Shown here: positions 1-6,864 of the stretch, piece after piece
Layout: each line of letters starts with the position of its first letter
How positions within the stretch are numbered: position 1 is the stretch's first letter
DNA from: a virus
Taxonomy: Duplodnaviria; Heunggongvirae; Uroviricota; Caudoviricetes
Length of the DNA: 10,956 nt
IMG/VR virus record: IMGVR_UViG_2639762982_000012
Reading direction: 5' to 3' (one strand)
Program-made: the position numbers and the translations under genes
The notes under the pieces: generated by a model
Databases searched by the model: none
Seen by the model: the letters and a program-made list of their open reading frames with translations, nothing else
Told to the model about the DNA's origin: nothing

Positions 1-142
1 GCCCCAGACGTAGCAGAGTTGCAGCATCACGAATTTCGCGGCGGCGGGTTAGAGCCCCGGCATTACGTGCCGAAGTATCCAGTTCTTCGGGCTTACCAAT
101 ATGGGCCAGAATTGCTGACCAGTTATCGTGAGAGTAATTCAT
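1..142 (-). CDS. insL: IS186-like (IS4-family) transposase, N-terminal 47 codons; gene continues beyond the left window edge
   Basis: Minus-strand ATG at 140-142 opens MNYSHDNWSAILAHIGKPEELDTSARNAGALTRRREIRDAATLLRLG, which runs open to position 1. I recognise this as the N-terminus of the E. coli IS186 transposase (recollection, not searched). Below the 60-aa ORF-track cutoff only because the window truncates it. Confidence 0.7.
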   Translation of the reverse strand, partial: MNYSHDNWSAILAHIGKPEELDTSARNAGALTRRREIRDAATLLRLG

Positions 143-197
143 CGGCACGTTAAATCATATCAGGCGTAATACCACAACCCTTAAGTTAGCGCTTATG
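1..197 (-). mobile_element. Partial IS186-like insertion sequence: terminal inverted repeat plus start of transposase; element extends leftward out of the window
   Basis: Minus-strand reading from ~197 gives CATAAGCGCTAACTTAAGGGTTGTGGTATTACGCCTGATATGATTTAACGTGCCGATG..., which matches my recollection of the IS186 end leading into the transposase start. The flank (198-212, GGAGAGATCCCCGCC) is a G-run/C-run site like the GC-rich targets IS186 prefers. Boundary is +/- 2 bp. Confidence 0.65.
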
Positions 198-252
198 GGA
201 GAGATCCCCGCCACTCTTCGTGTGTCAGGTATCCTCAATGCACCCTTTCCTC

Positions 253-282
253 TCCAAATAAAAAAGCTCCCGAAGGAGCTTT
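253..282 (-). terminator. Rho-independent terminator closing the structural-gene operon
   Basis: Minus-strand stem AGCTCC / GGAGCT (265-270 with 275-280) and 4-nt loop, followed on the minus strand by TTTTTTATTTGG. It lies about 20 nt after the stop of the 302..811 CDS. Confidence 0.7.
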
Positions 283-301
283 AAAATACAAGGGATGACT
301 C

Positions 302-811
302 TTAATCCCAATCAATCCAGTTGTAGACGATACGAAGTGACGGGCGCACAGCAGCAGTCACATCTTCGGTACTAAAGTCGATTGCATCACTGTAGATTTT
401 GCAGTCCAACATTTCAATTGTTGTAGCAGCTTTTGTCACAGCGTTAACCCCGGAAGATTTGGATTCAGGGGTAGCAGCCATCGTGATATCAACATAGTCC
501 TTCGCCGCAATGCGATCTTTAATGAACTGAAGAATATCGCCTTCGATAGTCTCCACGCACTGGACCTGGATTTCCCCGGAGTTACGGATTGGACCGTGCT
601 GGTTGAACTTCACACCATTCGGACCATAGTCCTCCACATCCTCGCGGGTCATTTCAGGAATTTGCGACGTGCGAACCAGTACGCTGATATCTTCATGGCC
701 TGCAAAAGTGAGCTGGAATTCAGAAGATACCAGTCGTTCGCCTTTGGCCGCGTTGGCAGTATAGCGGCCCTTAATAAATTTACGGTTTCCCTTAGTGTTA
801 TTGTGCCCCAT
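302..811 (-). CDS. Phage structural protein, 169 aa; tail-tube-like (tentative)
   Basis: ATG at 809-811 with AAGGA about 8 nt upstream. Tightly packed (11-nt gap) after the upstream gene in the sheath operon. Size and sequence flavour resemble T4 gp19 / P2 FII-type tube proteins, but this is impressionistic. Last gene before the terminator. Confidence 0.4.
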   Translation of the reverse strand: MGHNNTKGNRKFIKGRYTANAAKGERLVSSEFQLTFAGHEDISVLVRTSQIPEMTREDVEDYGPNGVKFNQHGPIRNSGEIQVQCVETIEGDILQFIKDRIAAKDYVDITMAATPESKSSGVNAVTKAATTIEMLDCKIYSDAIDFSTEDVTAAVRPSLRIVYNWIDWD

Positions 812-822
812 ATAAAATCCTT

Positions 823-1404
823 TTACTGGAACGCCCGAACAATATCGGAGCTATTATATATCGAAGAACCGGTCAACTGGAGGTTGACGGTGTTTTTCAG
901 GAAATGCCCATTGCTGTCCCTGGGCGCATCGAGATCGAAACTTATGTCCTGGATAGCGACATCAATGATGTTGATCCGGCGACCAATGTTTAGCGTCACA
1001 CGCTCCGGGATTCGACCACCAATGCTGGCATCTTTAAGTTCCGGGCTAATCATCGCTGACAATGCGGCGATAGCTCCTGAAACCTCCGTGAATGGGTCAA
1101 ACAAAGCGATGAAAGTTACTGGCAGCGTGAAAGTCGGCGGTGTTCCCCCCTCCCAAACCATTAAGCTGTTCCAACGGGCCACCGACGTTGTTTCAGTACC
1201 AACCTGCGCAAAACCACTGAAAGCACCAGCAACAGACCCCATGGACATACCGGTAAACGGCGCTTCCCAATTCTGGGCCATGTTCATTGCTGCCCCCTGG
1301 CTGATATATCCGGTAACCTGGTACTGAGAGTTCGTTAAAGTAACTTTCAGAAATGGCGATACACCGTCAGCCTGGCTGTAAACCCCATAAGGTATAGGTG
1401 CCAT
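823..1404 (-). CDS. Phage morphogenesis protein, 193 aa, function unknown
   Basis: ATG at 1402-1404; same-strand operon position between the acidic 271-aa gene and the tube-like gene. No recognisable motif. The SD lies 5' of a hairpin (see 1415-1439 feature). Confidence 0.5.
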   Translation of the reverse strand: MAPIPYGVYSQADGVSPFLKVTLTNSQYQVTGYISQGAAMNMAQNWEAPFTGMSMGSVAGAFSGFAQVGTETTSVARWNSLMVWEGGTPPTFTLPVTFIALFDPFTEVSGAIAALSAMISPELKDASIGGRIPERVTLNIGRRINIIDVAIQDISFDLDAPRDSNGHFLKNTVNLQLTGSSIYNSSDIVRAFQ

Positions 1405-1414
1405 TCAAGTTAAA

Positions 1415-1439
1415 GGCCGGAGTTCTCCGGCCTCCTCCT
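1415..1439 (-). promoter_or_regulatory. Intercistronic RNA hairpin placed between the Shine-Dalgarno and the start codon of the 193-aa gene
   Basis: Minus-strand mRNA reads TAA-AGGAGGAGG-CCGGAGAACTCCGGCC-TTTAACTTGA-ATG. GGCCGGA / TCCGGCC forms a 7-bp GC-rich stem with a 4-nt loop. AGGAGG sits immediately 5' of the stem and the ATG 10 nt 3' of it, so linear spacing is ~29 nt but folded spacing is about 10 nt. Confidence 0.45.
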
Positions 1440-2255
1440 TTAGCCAAGGCGCTTACGGCGCAGTTTCATTGACTTTTTGCGGGCAAGTTTTGCCGCGCCG
1501 GTCTGGGCTTTTCGACGCGCTTTTTTCAGCGCCGATTTTTGAGCCGCAGTCAGACGTTTTTTACGCAGGCGTTTACGGATGAGTTTGATCTCACCGTTAC
1601 GAACAACCTTCTTAAATGCTTCAGTCAGCATTTCATCAGAAGTGCCAGCAACAACAAACGCCGCTTCCAGTTCGTCGCGGTCGTCGCTATCTAAACCAGC
1701 GATAGAGGCACCAACATCAGCAGCAGCGTCGTCGTCTTCATCGTCAGCCAGTGCTTCGATCAGGTCATCATCTACACCGCATGCTGCGAGGAAGTCAGCA
1801 ACATTTGCCCATGCTTCGTTATAGGCATCGTCCTGTTCTTCTGTAACTTCGGAGTCGTCGTCATCAGAGATACCAGCGATAGCCTGAACGAAACCATCAA
1901 GGGAGTCGAAAGTCAGATCACCGCTATCAGCCCAGGAGAAAACGGCGTCGGCCGCATCACTCAACGCATTCTGCATAGCACTTCGATTTGCAGCTTCCAG
2001 AATCATCTGGTGCGCCTGTTCGACGGTCCATTCTTTACCATCTTTCCCTTCCAGGATTTGCTCAGGAGCCGGATCAGATGGAACATTATCGTTAGTCTGT
2101 GCCGCCGGTTCCGGATTATTATTAATAACCGGATCTGTTGGCGGTTCGGCGCTTGCTCGGGCAGACTCCATCAGCTGCACAGGATCAGAGTTCAAAGCGA
2201 AACGGGACAGTCCATTCCCCAAAAATGCCCCGGATTGAAAAAAGTTTTTGCTCAT
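1440..2255 (-). CDS. Acidic phage protein with a poly-basic C-terminal tail, 271 aa; morphogenetic or internal protein (function unknown)
   Basis: ATG at 2253-2255, 9 nt after the sheath stop. The central region is extremely D/E-rich (DDDDSEVTEEQDD, ALADDEDDDAAAD, LDSDDRDELE). The last ~50 residues are K/R-rich (KLIRKRLRKKRL...KKARRK...KLRRKRLG). Confidence 0.55.
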   Translation of the reverse strand: MSKNFFQSGAFLGNGLSRFALNSDPVQLMESARASAEPPTDPVINNNPEPAAQTNDNVPSDPAPEQILEGKDGKEWTVEQAHQMILEAANRSAMQNALSDAADAVFSWADSGDLTFDSLDGFVQAIAGISDDDDSEVTEEQDDAYNEAWANVADFLAACGVDDDLIEALADDEDDDAAADVGASIAGLDSDDRDELEAAFVVAGTSDEMLTEAFKKVVRNGEIKLIRKRLRKKRLTAAQKSALKKARRKAQTGAAKLARKKSMKLRRKRLG

Positions 2256-2264
2256 TGTATTCCC

Positions 2265-3854
2265 TTACTTAATAAGCAGCGGTACGCCCTGGATACGACG
2301 GGCTACGCCAGTCGGGCAGCAGGCCCAGACTACTTCCCATTTATCGAATTCCGCCTGCGTAACTTTCAGCACATACGGTTCTGTACCGTCAGCATCGGGA
2401 TCACGAGGAGCCACCAGAGCGCCGGAGGCGACAAAGCGATCTAAAAGTTTGGTCATCCCTTTAGTCAGGCCAGCCGCAGTAATACCGTCCGGGCTATGCT
2501 TCATCTGTCGGGCTAACTGGACAAAGAAACGGCTGATTGCATTCATCAGGGATGGGACGTGCTGGAAGTGCAGATAGTTATCCTGCGTGCAGCAAGTTAA
2601 AGCATCGTCGATGATCATCTGGCCAGAGGTGCCAACAGATACTTTATTGAGACGGCCCTTGACCATTGCTTCTTCGTCCGGGGTATCTTCCGGATACAGC
2701 GGTTGAATTGACGCACGAGCAATGACGGCACGTTCTTCACCAGCCGGTGAGTAATGCCAACCGCCGACATCAGAGTTTTTCTTGACGCCATGAGCTTTCG
2801 CCGCATACGCCACGCCAGACAGACCAAAGACCACACGGGATTGGGTCCATTTGTCTTTGCAGGAGAACGGGTAGTGATAGACAGAACAGCTTACATAATC
2901 GGTACCAAGTAAACCGGTACCCTCAACAGCTGTTAGTGCTTCTGCGTACCTTAATGTCGGTTTGACATCAAAGAAGCCATCAATCAGGCGATCTGCACAG
3001 ATTTTACCTAATGCGGTGATAGCCGCATTGTCATAGCAGCCCAGGCCAAGAACAGCGGTGTACATGTACGGCGCATTGTTCAGCACTTTCACCGCACGCA
3101 GGTACGCAGCGGTTGAGATTTTCGACTGATCACCGTTGGTACCACCAGTGAACGCCAACGATTTTTTGTTTGTTACTTTCGCTGTAGAAATCAGATCTTC
3201 ATTAACAACCGCGCGCAGATATTTAGAACGAGCTTCCAGAGCCGTAGGCAGATAACACAAGCGGCCCATGTCATCTTTCGCTTCTTCCGCCAAAGACACA
3301 GTGTGTGTCTCCAGGGTCGTTACCACACCAAGCGAAGTCGTCTGGGTCAGTTTTAAGATGAAGCGTTCATTACTCGCGCTGTCCGCTGTTGCCGTTTCGA
3401 TGGTTAACTCACGGGTAGGTGAAATACACGGATCACCATCATCAACGTAGATAGCAAAGGCTTCGCCGCTATCAAGTTCAATTTCAGAACCGTATGGCAA
3501 CGCACTGTAAGCCGGTTCGCCTGATTCATCGAACATAATAATCGGGAACTTCGCATCATCCGGAACAGCACGGACAACATAACCAGACGTTTGCTGAATA
3601 GCTTCGTATACATGGCGAATTGGTTCGAACTGTGGGCCGGAAGACGGCTTCAGCGGTTCGCCGAGAACATCTTCGTAATTGGACTCAGTAACCGCAAGAA
3701 CAGTAAACGGCTTGCCACGCGCAAATACGCCAATACCAGCCCACAAGCTGCTATTTAATGCAACACCGGTAGATAACGTCGCATCGGCATTGATCGGGCT
3801 AACCGCGACGCCGGATGCATTACCTAATGACTGTTGAATTGAATATTGAGACAT
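2265..3854 (-). CDS. Contractile tail sheath protein, 529 aa
   Basis: The N-terminal region (ATLSTGVALNSSLWAGIGVFARGKPF...TSGYVVRAV) parallels the T4 gp18-type sheath N-terminus (…TGTAALAGKFQWGPAF…RVVRAV, recalled). Size fits myovirus sheaths. Probably the equivalent of P1 gene 22, if my recollection of the P1 order 21-22-23-parB-parA-repA is right. Confidence 0.8.
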   Translation of the reverse strand: MSQYSIQQSLGNASGVAVSPINADATLSTGVALNSSLWAGIGVFARGKPFTVLAVTESNYEDVLGEPLKPSSGPQFEPIRHVYEAIQQTSGYVVRAVPDDAKFPIIMFDESGEPAYSALPYGSEIELDSGEAFAIYVDDGDPCISPTRELTIETATADSASNERFILKLTQTTSLGVVTTLETHTVSLAEEAKDDMGRLCYLPTALEARSKYLRAVVNEDLISTAKVTNKKSLAFTGGTNGDQSKISTAAYLRAVKVLNNAPYMYTAVLGLGCYDNAAITALGKICADRLIDGFFDVKPTLRYAEALTAVEGTGLLGTDYVSCSVYHYPFSCKDKWTQSRVVFGLSGVAYAAKAHGVKKNSDVGGWHYSPAGEERAVIARASIQPLYPEDTPDEEAMVKGRLNKVSVGTSGQMIIDDALTCCTQDNYLHFQHVPSLMNAISRFFVQLARQMKHSPDGITAAGLTKGMTKLLDRFVASGALVAPRDPDADGTEPYVLKVTQAEFDKWEVVWACCPTGVARRIQGVPLLIK

Positions 3855-3869
3855 AACTTTCCCTGTTAT

Positions 3870-3888
3870 GCGCCCCGCACGGGGGCGC
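3870..3888 (-). other. GC-rich stem-loop in the capsid-sheath intercistronic region (no U-tract)
   Basis: GCGCCCC / GGGGCGC 7-bp stem with a 5-nt loop, between the capsid stop (3915-3917) and the sheath SD/ATG. It is followed by ATAACAGGGAAAGTT-ATG rather than a T-run, so it is not a canonical terminator. Confidence 0.5.
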
Positions 3889-3914
3889 TATGTTAAACGG
3901 AGAACTTCCCCTGA

Positions 3915-5621
3915 TTACTCAGAGTCACCGGCATCAATCGTGTCGCCGCTAATGAAGTTAAGCCCGCCTTTTTTGGCCATTGTCAGCGTTACACGAGTGA
4001 AGTAATCAGCGCCGTTGCGTGGGTGCATATCGTTGATAGCCGAACCCCACAGCGTGGTACGGTTGACCAGCGCCGGAGTGGTCGGATGCTGGAACGGGAT
4101 GGCCGGGACAGCATCACCAGTCACGAAGCCTGCTTTACCCGGATTTTCATCACGGACGTAGCACAGCACATCCATCGAGCTGAACTGAATGTTCTCTGTC
4201 GTTAAGTTCTTACAAATACCAGCAGGTACTTCGTACACTTTCACGTTACCGAACAGGGTACCGATGTAGTGAACATACGGAGTCTGGATATAGTCTTCGG
4301 CTGGCTGGAAGAAATCCTTCGGCAACTGTTTGAAGAAAGATGCTGCATCAGCACCAGCAAACATCCCCATCGCACCAGAAGATTTAACGCGCTCAATAAT
4401 GTCGCGATATACAGTCTGGAATTTGCCACGAATGATGGTTGCCCATACATCAAAGGACTGGTTAACCGGCAGAGCGATGTCAAAGGTGTCGGTCGCAAGA
4501 GTACGCCAGATCATGATGCGAAGACGCAGCATATCCTGTTCATGAGACAGGTATTCCTTCAGGGTGCGGAACTGTAGGGAACCCAGGTCCAGACCAAATT
4601 CACGCTGTGCTTCATACGCCGCCTGTACCGTGTGCTCAGCCGCGATAACGAACTGGCTTGGGAACAGGGTGTATTTCTTCATTTCGTGGTTGATCAGCGG
4701 GATCAGCTCAGGAGCGGCTTCAATATTGATTTCCGTCTCAATTGCGATCTCAGTGCCTTTATCCGGCGCTTTGGAGAACGACAGGGCAATCTGACCAATG
4801 TTGTAGTTCAGAGAGCAGGTAACAGTGATTTGCTCACCAGCAGCATTAGTAAACGAGTGAAGTAGGCTGCCGGAACCGTTATCAACAACAGACTTAATAC
4901 GGTTAACGTAGATGTTAGTACGACCTTTTCGGATTGGTACATTCTGGCCTTCGAAGTCTTCCATCTTGAAGGTTGCGGTTTTGCTGGTGCCATCGGAGCT
5001 TGCCACCAGCACATAGCGGCGACGTAACTGGCTGTACACACCGACGGATTGCATGTCCAGAACATCACCAGCAGCATAAGAACCAAAAGAGGAACCTGCC
5101 ACGTTAAAGACTTCATAGATGTCGGACTGGTCACGCGTAACCGGAATGAAGGTACACGCATCAGCGGTAGCTGCCCCCAACTGAACAGGCAGGATCATCG
5201 CGAGGAATAAAGGCAGACGCATAACACCGTCAGAAACGCTCATCATCTCTGCTGCGACGGATTCCAGCATCGCTTTATTAGTGGCATCCATGCTATTGCG
5301 GGTGGACTCAATCAGGCAGTTTTCCAGCGTCTGGTGGCAGGAGGCCAGAATTTCCGGACGCGGCATAGATTTATGTGCTGCGGCGTAGTCAGCCAGTGCA
5401 CTTGCCCACGCTGTAGCGATTTGAGCGGTGGCATTATCAGAGATACCCGCAAAAACCGGGTCTTTACGTGCAGCTTCAAGGATAGATGCGGCACGCGCGG
5501 CATCATCTTTAATGAATTGGTTATCAGTACCGAACTGCGCAGTGCTTGCCCAGCCAAGCACAGCTTTAGAGCGTTTTGCGATATCTGCAATACGATTCTG
5601 GTATTCGCGTAAGTTACTCAA
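3915..5621 (-). CDS. Major capsid (head) protein precursor, ~568 aa, with an Ala-rich helical N-terminal domain; TTG start
   Basis: The frame is open from 5642, but the only good RBS is AAGGAAG 6 nt before the TTG at 5619-5621; the next in-frame ATG is about 85 codons further in. The first ~110 residues are Ala-rich and helical, like a scaffold/delta domain that is cleaved off. Sits upstream of the sheath gene and next to parS. Size matches my recollection of the ~62 kDa P1 gp23 precursor. Confidence 0.65.
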   Translation of the reverse strand: MSNLREYQNRIADIAKRSKAVLGWASTAQFGTDNQFIKDDAARAASILEAARKDPVFAGISDNATAQIATAWASALADYAAAHKSMPRPEILASCHQTLENCLIESTRNSMDATNKAMLESVAAEMMSVSDGVMRLPLFLAMILPVQLGAATADACTFIPVTRDQSDIYEVFNVAGSSFGSYAAGDVLDMQSVGVYSQLRRRYVLVASSDGTSKTATFKMEDFEGQNVPIRKGRTNIYVNRIKSVVDNGSGSLLHSFTNAAGEQITVTCSLNYNIGQIALSFSKAPDKGTEIAIETEINIEAAPELIPLINHEMKKYTLFPSQFVIAAEHTVQAAYEAQREFGLDLGSLQFRTLKEYLSHEQDMLRLRIMIWRTLATDTFDIALPVNQSFDVWATIIRGKFQTVYRDIIERVKSSGAMGMFAGADAASFFKQLPKDFFQPAEDYIQTPYVHYIGTLFGNVKVYEVPAGICKNLTTENIQFSSMDVLCYVRDENPGKAGFVTGDAVPAIPFQHPTTPALVNRTTLWGSAINDMHPRNGADYFTRVTLTMAKKGGLNFISGDTIDAGDSE

Positions 5622-5669
5622 TTTACTCTTCCTTAAACACAAGGCACTTGTGTGAATCCCTTTTCGGAA

Positions 5670-5700
5670 GAGATTTTATTGAAAGTCACTTGTTGACTTT
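5670..5700 (-). promoter_or_regulatory. Candidate late promoter for the capsid operon: 17-bp palindrome plus -10-like TAAAAT, no -35
   Basis: Minus strand reads AAGTCAACAAGTGACTT (plus 5683-5699), then TCAA, then TAAAAT (plus 5673-5678). The palindrome centre lies about 12 nt upstream of the hexamer. This layout resembles P1-type late promoters, which use an activator-bound inverted repeat near -22 in place of a -35. The exact P1 consensus is not recalled. Confidence 0.4.
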
Positions 5701-5754
5701 CTCGTGACAAGCAATTTTTTTATTTTTTTCGGGAGTAGGGGAGGAAGGTAAAAT

Positions 5755-5846
5755 CCAAGGTGAAGTCGTGGCGATTTCACCTTGAAATTTTAGAGGGATT
5801 TACTTTAAAAACAGTAGTTTAATAGTGAGATTTGAATGGCGAAAGT
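5755..5846 (-). other. parS: parS partition site (centromere): ParB box A heptamers and box B hexamers flanking an AT-rich putative IHF site
   Basis: Starts directly after the parB stop. Minus-strand reading: ACTT-TCGCCA (box B) - TTCAAATCTCAC (box A-like) - AT-rich TATTAAACTACTGTTTTTAAAGTAAAT - ATTTCAA (A) - GGTGAAAT (A, inverted) - TCGCCA (B) - CGACTTCAC (A-like). This matches the P1 parS layout as I recall it. Confidence 0.75.
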
Positions 5847-6848
5847 TTAAGGCTTCGGCTTTTTATCGAGGCTCTTTCTAAGGATATGCCCAATCATCCT
5901 GTCGAGTTCTTCCTGTAGCTCTTTTGAAAGTCGATTAAACTCATAAGAAAATGCACGGCCTTTCACGCGCTTCCTTGCAAAGCGATCCTTGTCCTCAAAT
6001 TTCCATAATTCAGTAACTACGGACTTATCTTTAGAACCTTTATCCGTGAGTAGTGAGGCTTCCTTTGTTATCAAGCGCAGGATTTTATTTTTAACTTCAT
6101 CTTCGGCCATTTCTTCAATGGATAAGATGTCGTTTATTTCCGGGGATATATTTTGAATAAGCTGATCAAACTCTAAATTCTTGTTCCCCATTTCGTCGCC
6201 AACAGCACAAAGCGTTTTGTAGTCCGAAAAGGTTAATTCCGACTGCACAGGGAAAAGGGCGACTAATTCTTCCGGAGCACTCGCTGCCTGGAGAGCACGC
6301 GTGACCTTCGCCTGAGACAGCCCTTCTTTGGCTGCAATATCCTTCTGACTCATCCCATCATTTTTCATTCGCATCAAACGCAGACCTATTTCTCGAATGC
6401 TGTGCTGCAATGCTGTCTGAACGTCTTTCGCTAAATTTAGCGCTTCCTGAACGCTGATCTCCTGGTCCGTGACTAAAACCCGCAACCCTACGTTCTCTAA
6501 GATGGCAGAAGCTCGACGCCGGGAACCATCCAAAATTTCAATTTTCCCTGTTGCCCGTCTAACACCTATTGCAGGGTAAAATTGCTGATGCTTAATAGTG
6601 CTTCGGATACTTTTTAATGATTTTGGCGTAAGAGATGCCTGGTCACGCCCGTTGTTATGCTGATCAACAAAGGTATCGCTTTCTACCTGGTTCGGAGGTA
6701 TTACCTCTTCAATAAATGTGGCCTGGCGACCAGTTGATAACTTGAATACCTGCTCGACTCGATCGCCAGAGGCTGAAGAACTATCAAATCCGCTTAATAT
6801 TGAAGGATTAAGGGTTCGCCCAATTGTTGGTCTGTTTTTCTTTGACAT
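5847..6848 (-). CDS. parB: ParB centromere-binding partition protein, 333 aa
   Basis: ATG at 6846-6848 with GGAG upstream, 16 nt after the parA stop. Length equals P1 ParB (333 aa). Followed immediately by parS. Confidence 0.9.
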   Translation of the reverse strand: MSKKNRPTIGRTLNPSILSGFDSSSASGDRVEQVFKLSTGRQATFIEEVIPPNQVESDTFVDQHNNGRDQASLTPKSLKSIRSTIKHQQFYPAIGVRRATGKIEILDGSRRRASAILENVGLRVLVTDQEISVQEALNLAKDVQTALQHSIREIGLRLMRMKNDGMSQKDIAAKEGLSQAKVTRALQAASAPEELVALFPVQSELTFSDYKTLCAVGDEMGNKNLEFDQLIQNISPEINDILSIEEMAEDEVKNKILRLITKEASLLTDKGSKDKSVVTELWKFEDKDRFARKRVKGRAFSYEFNRLSKELQEELDRMIGHILRKSLDKKPKP

Positions 6849-6864
6849 GGGGGTTTCTTACTCC

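Noticed and set aside
596-1327. 243-aa plus-strand ORF
   Set aside because: Lies antisense to two tightly packed minus-strand structural genes and spans their intergenic gap. No RBS logic and low-complexity translation. Typical shadow ORF.
1579-1824. 81-aa Ser/Ala-rich plus-strand ORF
   Set aside because: Antisense reading of the GAx/GAC-rich acidic repeats of the 271-aa gene. A compositional artifact.
2010-2577. Plus-strand ORFs (144 aa and 109 aa) across the sheath / acidic-gene junction
   Set aside because: Antisense to well-supported minus-strand genes. No start context.
4023-5655. Multiple short ORFs on both strands inside the capsid gene (60-117 aa)
   Set aside because: All nested in or antisense to the 568-aa capsid frame, which has the only coherent RBS and full-length openness.
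5683-5699. An extra RepA iteron upstream of the capsid gene
   Set aside because: Only the 8-bp core AGTCAACA matches and the flanking iteron positions do not. More simply explained as a late-promoter palindrome; kept only as a footnote in that finding.
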